56,070 nucleotides of DNA from the NCBI GenBank assembly GCA_023261645.1, contig JAHFOO010000008.1, positions 1 through 56,070 of the forward strand, written 5' to 3'. Each line of letters begins with the position of its first letter. Positions within the stretch are counted from its first letter, which is position 1. This document shows positions 51,959 to 56,070 of this stretch, piece by piece. Below the pieces are notes generated by a model. That model worked only from the letters and a program-made list of their open reading frames with translations, searched no databases and was not told the origin of the DNA. The stretch comes from Candidatus Moraniibacteriota bacterium (GTDB lineage Bacteria > Patescibacteriota > Minisyncoccia > Moranbacterales > UBA1568). Position numbers and translations under genes: made by a program.

Positions 51959-53005
51959 ATGGATGCCTTTGAAAAGTTGAAAGAAGAAGCTAAAAATGAA
52001 GTCATTTCTGAGGGAAAAGGAATGAATTTTCTCACTATTAAGGATGTGTGGAATATGGTATTCCCTCCAAATAGATGGGTTGTGGATCAAATTGTCCCTT
52101 CTGAGGGTATTACAATCATCTCTGGTGCACCTGCGAGCTATAAGACGTGGCTTATCCTTCAGATGGCTATTAACATATCAAGAGGAGAATCGTTCTTAGG
52201 AAAGTTCAATACTGAGAAGGGGAATGTATTGATGATTGATGAGGAGAATCACCTTCAATTAGTTAAAGATAGACTTATTCTTTTAGGAGGAGATGATTTG
52301 CTCTCTATCTGTTTTCTTTCTCAACAAGACTTCTTAATCACAGACGAGAGAATGGTGAAGAAAGTGCTATCTATGTGTGAAGAGAAAAGTATATCAGTTA
52401 TATTTATCGATTCACTTGTGAGAATAAATCGTGCTGATGAGAATGATGCCTCTAGAATGTCTGAAGTCTTCCGAGCTATAAGAAGCCTTTGTAAGGCAGG
52501 GAAGACAGTTATTCTTACCCATCATGAGAAGAAAGAAGGGACATTTAAGCTCTCTCCTCAATCAAGAATGCGAGGATCATCAGATATTTCTGCTTCAGTT
52601 GATGCTCATCTAGCGATATCTCGAGATAGAGATAATAAGACATTTCTGATTCTCGAGCAGGCTAAGAATAGACGAGAAATGGAAATTGCTCCGTTTGGAG
52701 TCGAGGTTAAGAAAGAGAATAATCGTGTTTGGTTTGAATATAAAGGAGATTATGATATGGGGAAAAATAAGAAAGGTGAAGCCAGAGAGTCTATCCTCCA
52801 GATGCTCGAAGGCTATCCTGATGGTATGACGAAAGGAGATATTTCAATACAGATTTCTGAAACCTGTAAGATTGGAGCAAAGAGTTGTAGAGAAGCGTTG
52901 GATGATTTAATTAAAGAGGAGCTTGTGAAAGAAAAACCTGGTGTTGGTAATACGAAACACTGTGTATTAGCGAAATATTCTGTTGATGAACAAGGGGAGA
53001 TTTGA
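51959..53005 (+). CDS. RepA-like / AAA_25 (RecA-fold) ATPase-helicase
   Basis: W.VD.IVP..GITIISGAPASYKT (Walker A), IDEEN, FIDSL, THHEKK, RGSSDI. Confidence 0.85.
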   Translation: MDAFEKLKEEAKNEVISEGKGMNFLTIKDVWNMVFPPNRWVVDQIVPSEGITIISGAPASYKTWLILQMAINISRGESFLGKFNTEKGNVLMIDEENHLQLVKDRLILLGGDDLLSICFLSQQDFLITDERMVKKVLSMCEEKSISVIFIDSLVRINRADENDASRMSEVFRAIRSLCKAGKTVILTHHEKKEGTFKLSPQSRMRGSSDISASVDAHLAISRDRDNKTFLILEQAKNRREMEIAPFGVEVKKENNRVWFEYKGDYDMGKNKKGEARESILQMLEGYPDGMTKGDISIQISETCKIGAKSCREALDDLIKEELVKEKPGVGNTKHCVLAKYSVDEQGEI

Positions 53006-53072
53006 AATGGCGAATTGGCATGTATATATAGTAGTGCCATTTTGCCGATTCAAAGTGTGGTATAATGTAATT

Positions 53073-53190
53073 ACTTATCCAACAATGTTACCTGCGAGTT
53101 TTATTTTGCCAAACTAAAAGGGTAACCATGCTGACAAACCTCGCGGAATGTTGGATAAGTCATGGTTACCCCTTTAGTTTTTATTTTTAT
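53073..53190 (+). promoter_or_regulatory. Structured leader of the recombinase (interleaved inverted repeats plus U-tract)
   Basis: acttatccaaca (53073) / tgttggataagt (53149-53160); aaactaaaagggtaaccatg (53111-53130) / catggttacccctttagttt (53161-53180); TGnTATAAT at 53058-53066. Confidence 0.62.
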
Positions 53191-53194
53191 TATT

Positions 53195-54805
53195 ATGAAT
53201 AAGGCAGCAATATATCTTCGTGTTTCTAGCGAAGAACAAGTAAGAGGTTTTGGACTAGAAGTACAAGAAGAAAAACTGAGAGACTACTGTAAGTTGTATG
53301 ATTTTGAAATTGAGGAAAAACACGTATTTCGTGAGGAGGGTGTTAGCGGCGCAGAGAGAAATAGACCAGAGTTAAACCGAATGCTTGTTTGTGCTGAGAA
53401 GAAAGAATTTTCTGTTGTTCTCGTATATAAAATAGATCGTCTATCAAGACTATTACTACACCTTCTTGAGGTTACAAATAAATTCGAACAACTTGGTGTT
53501 GGCTTTCGTTCTGTTACTGAGCCTATCGATACAACTAACTCTTTAGGAAGATGTATTTTTCAGATTCTCGGATCATTTGCAGAGTTTGAAAGAGGGGTCA
53601 TCAGAGAGAGGACTTATGGTGGTCAAATCAAGAATAAACAGCAAGGAAATTGGGTGAGCGGTATTACTTCTTATGGTCGTGATTATGATAAAGTCACAAA
53701 AAAACTTGCAGTGAATGAAGAAGAAGATAAATGGGTTCAAAAAATGTTTGAATGGATGACGAAAGATAGAATGTCTTTACATGGTATTGCAGATAGACTT
53801 AATGCTTTAGGTGTCCCAACAAAGTATGACAATCTTGGAAAAAAGAAAAAGGTGAACGGAACTTGTTATTGGAGACCGAGAGCCGTAGGAAGAATTATTG
53901 CTAACAGTACCTATACTGGCACCTTCACTTATAATAAATATGAGAATTCAACAGTTGGCAGTAAGTTACGACCAGAGGATGAATGGATTCCTATTGAAAC
54001 ACCTAAAACAATCAGTAAGGAAATATTTGATCTAGCTCAAGAACAACTTAAATCAAATAGGCGCTTTTCATTAAAGAATGCAAGACATATTTATCTTTTT
54101 TCTGGAATACTTAATTGTGGGGACTGCGGGGGCAGATATGCAGCGAGTTATGATACGGGTAGGAAGACGATGTCAGAAATACAGAAGAAAAGATATTACT
54201 GTAATAATACTCGAAAATATGTTCGTCAGCTGACGTGTAAAGTTCCTAGTATTACTGAACACAGACTAGCAAACCCTATTTGGGAGAAACTTCTTGGTTT
54301 GCTGGAGGATCCAAATGTTGCACTTGAACAATTAGAAAAATTGAACGAGAAAACTGGAGAGCTTAATGATGCTCACACAAGACTAGCCGAAGCAGAGACT
54401 CTTTTGGAGAAAAATACTGTAAAACAGAAGAAGCTTTTAGATGCTTTCTTAGAAGTGGAGGGCGGACTTGAACAGAAGGACTTTCTCTCTAGAAAGCATG
54501 ATTTAGAGGAAGATAAGAATAAGCTTTTAGATGAGAAGCGACGTTATGAGTCAATGCTTATATCTGATGGCGAGAAGAATACTCGTGTAAATGCGATTCA
54601 GATTATGTATCGAAAAATCAAAGAAAACCTTACTAATATTTCTTATGAACAAAAGAGAGAGGTGCTGAAGATGTTGGTAAATAAGGTTATTGTTACTGGT
54701 TCTGAGATAGATATTCACTGCAATATACCCTATCAATTTGCTTTTGCGGAACAGAGCACTCGTTTCCCGTATCGATCCCGGAAGGATTCGGCAGAAGGGA
54801 AGTGA
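53195..54805 (+). CDS. Large serine recombinase (integrase); integrated-state form reads across the att site
   Basis: AAIYLRVSS.EQ, EEGVSG...RPEL, VYKIDRLSR, AEFER..I.ER, Zn ribbon LNCGDCG...YYC...C, coiled coil; last 14 codons derive from host DNA. Confidence 0.95.
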   Translation: MNKAAIYLRVSSEEQVRGFGLEVQEEKLRDYCKLYDFEIEEKHVFREEGVSGAERNRPELNRMLVCAEKKEFSVVLVYKIDRLSRLLLHLLEVTNKFEQLGVGFRSVTEPIDTTNSLGRCIFQILGSFAEFERGVIRERTYGGQIKNKQQGNWVSGITSYGRDYDKVTKKLAVNEEEDKWVQKMFEWMTKDRMSLHGIADRLNALGVPTKYDNLGKKKKVNGTCYWRPRAVGRIIANSTYTGTFTYNKYENSTVGSKLRPEDEWIPIETPKTISKEIFDLAQEQLKSNRRFSLKNARHIYLFSGILNCGDCGGRYAASYDTGRKTMSEIQKKRYYCNNTRKYVRQLTCKVPSITEHRLANPIWEKLLGLLEDPNVALEQLEKLNEKTGELNDAHTRLAEAETLLEKNTVKQKKLLDAFLEVEGGLEQKDFLSRKHDLEEDKNKLLDEKRRYESMLISDGEKNTRVNAIQIMYRKIKENLTNISYEQKREVLKMLVNKVIVTGSEIDIHCNIPYQFAFAEQSTRFPYRSRKDSAEGK

Positions 54806-56051
54806 TGCGGATATCTAAATGTGGATATGATTCTATTTTGAGGGTAAACGCTTCTTCCGTGTCATCCTTGCCATCACTGGTTTTGAGGATGACGGTATAG
54901 GTACCGTTCTTTTCATATGTATGTGAGGTTTTTTCTTTGTAACTTTTGTGGCCATCACCGAAATCCCAGGTGTATTTGAGAGCATCGTCGTCACTGTCTT
55001 TTCCTTGTGCAGAAAAATCTATCGCCACCCCATGGTAGCCTTTTTTTGGAACGTTTTCTTTGGTTTGAGGGAGAGTGTTCGGTTGATTGGGGGCGCCAGG
55101 TGTCGGTGTACCGCCTCGAAAATCTGTGGCTGTGTAATTCCAAGAGATATTTTCTTTGGCCGTCTTGTATGACACGCTCTCTTTTTCCTCATTATTCGGA
55201 TCGAGGAGAGAAACGGTTTCATCAGAATTATTCAGAGCGAATTTGAATAGTGGACGATAGAGAACGAGAAAACCCTTTGATTGGATTTTTGTCTCACGCG
55301 GGAGAATATATTTTCCACTAGCACTCGCGTCTTTCAGTATCCAGAGAGAAAGATCGACGACCGAATCAGATGGATTGAAGAGCTCTATGAATTCATTCTC
55401 TTCCTCGTCGCCGGAGGGATTGGCGAAGATCTCATTGATACGGACAGATATACCGTATGTGGCTTTGGGTGTCGGTTCAGGTTCAGGGCAGAGTGTACTC
55501 GTACTTTTTGTCGGTGTTGGTATGAGAGAAAAATCCGGTAACCAGTCGCTGGTAGCGACATTACGCACCATACTTTTATCGGCTGTTGGGCTGGTGGCAA
55601 ATTTGTAAGCAGATTCATCGAACTGATGGTTGTTTTCCCAGGAGACAGAATCAACGAGAGGATTAGCAACACCTTCCGGCAACAGAAGGGCGAGACTGTA
55701 TTTCGAAGAGAGACTTGTCCCGGTTTTGGTATCAGCAATATCTGCGAAGGCGCCATTGCTATTCGCCCAAAGATAATATCCGTGAGCTGCGATGCAGGTG
55801 TTACCTTTTATTTTATTGAGAGAGTTTTCTGTGCCGGCACTATTTCTGTAACGGAGACGATAGTTGGATATGTCGATGGGGACAGTATGAGGATTATAAA
55901 GTTCAATGAAGTCATCATCAGGGTGCCCGGCGATGCCGGTTATCTGGATTTCACTTATGATGATCTTGTTTGTTTCGGCGTCTGCAGGAGAAATGTGAAA
56001 GAATACGTATGAAAAAACAGCAATACCGATGAAAATGTTTTTTATTTTCAT
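54757..56051 (-). pseudogene. 5' part of interrupted secreted lamin-tail-domain (x3) plus PKD protein gene
   Basis: Signal peptide; IIISEIQ...DDFIELYNP; VRINEIFANPSG...EFIELFNP; YTWDFGDG PKD; third LTD cut at NPSGIDTGNE, then read-through to a stop at 54693 inside the element. Confidence 0.9.
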
Positions 56052-56070
56052 AATCAGATTTTGAACTGAC

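Larger units (their letters stand above)
37590..54761. mobile_element. ~17.2 kb integrative element mobilised by a large serine recombinase
   Basis: CACTC core at 37590-37594 and 54757-54761; host gene split in frame; imperfect inverted arms in reconstructed attP; terminal recombinase; CHC2 plus AAA module; visibly AT-richer than the flanks. Confidence 0.92.

Noticed and set aside
53162-53194. Recombinase start at ATG 53162
   Set aside because: It lies within the leader stem and T-run; MNKAAIYLRVS at 53195 matches the usual serine recombinase N-terminus.

Overview
Bacterial chromosome window whose gene set (alpha2-type GlyRS, TGS-less ThrS, RNHCP, DUF4012-like and lamin-tail-domain proteins) suggests a Patescibacteria/CPR genome; this assignment is an inference. 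Positions 1-37589 are mostly housekeeping: partial smpB, argS, T-box-ileS, recO, tgt, glyQS, yjjX, rsmI, metG, tatD, atpBEFHAGDC, a P-type ATPase, thrS and tRNA-Gly(CCC). This part also carries heptamer tracts, small palindromes and three copies of a conserved ~145-nt structured element. Positions ~37590-54761 are an AT-rich ~17.2 kb serine-recombinase element integrated at a CACTC core inside a lamin-tail/PKD surface-protein gene. Excision would restore the host reading frame and also fuse a new 111-aa C-terminus onto the recombinase. The cargo is an array of zinc-ribbon and membrane proteins plus a DRT2 (UG2)-type reverse transcriptase with an upstream structured ncRNA. A 114-nt segment of that ncRNA, if copied into tandem cDNA repeats, would build a TTGCAT-N17-TATAAT promoter across each junction and a stop-free repeating 38-aa ORF, i.e. 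a candidate hidden neo-type gene.
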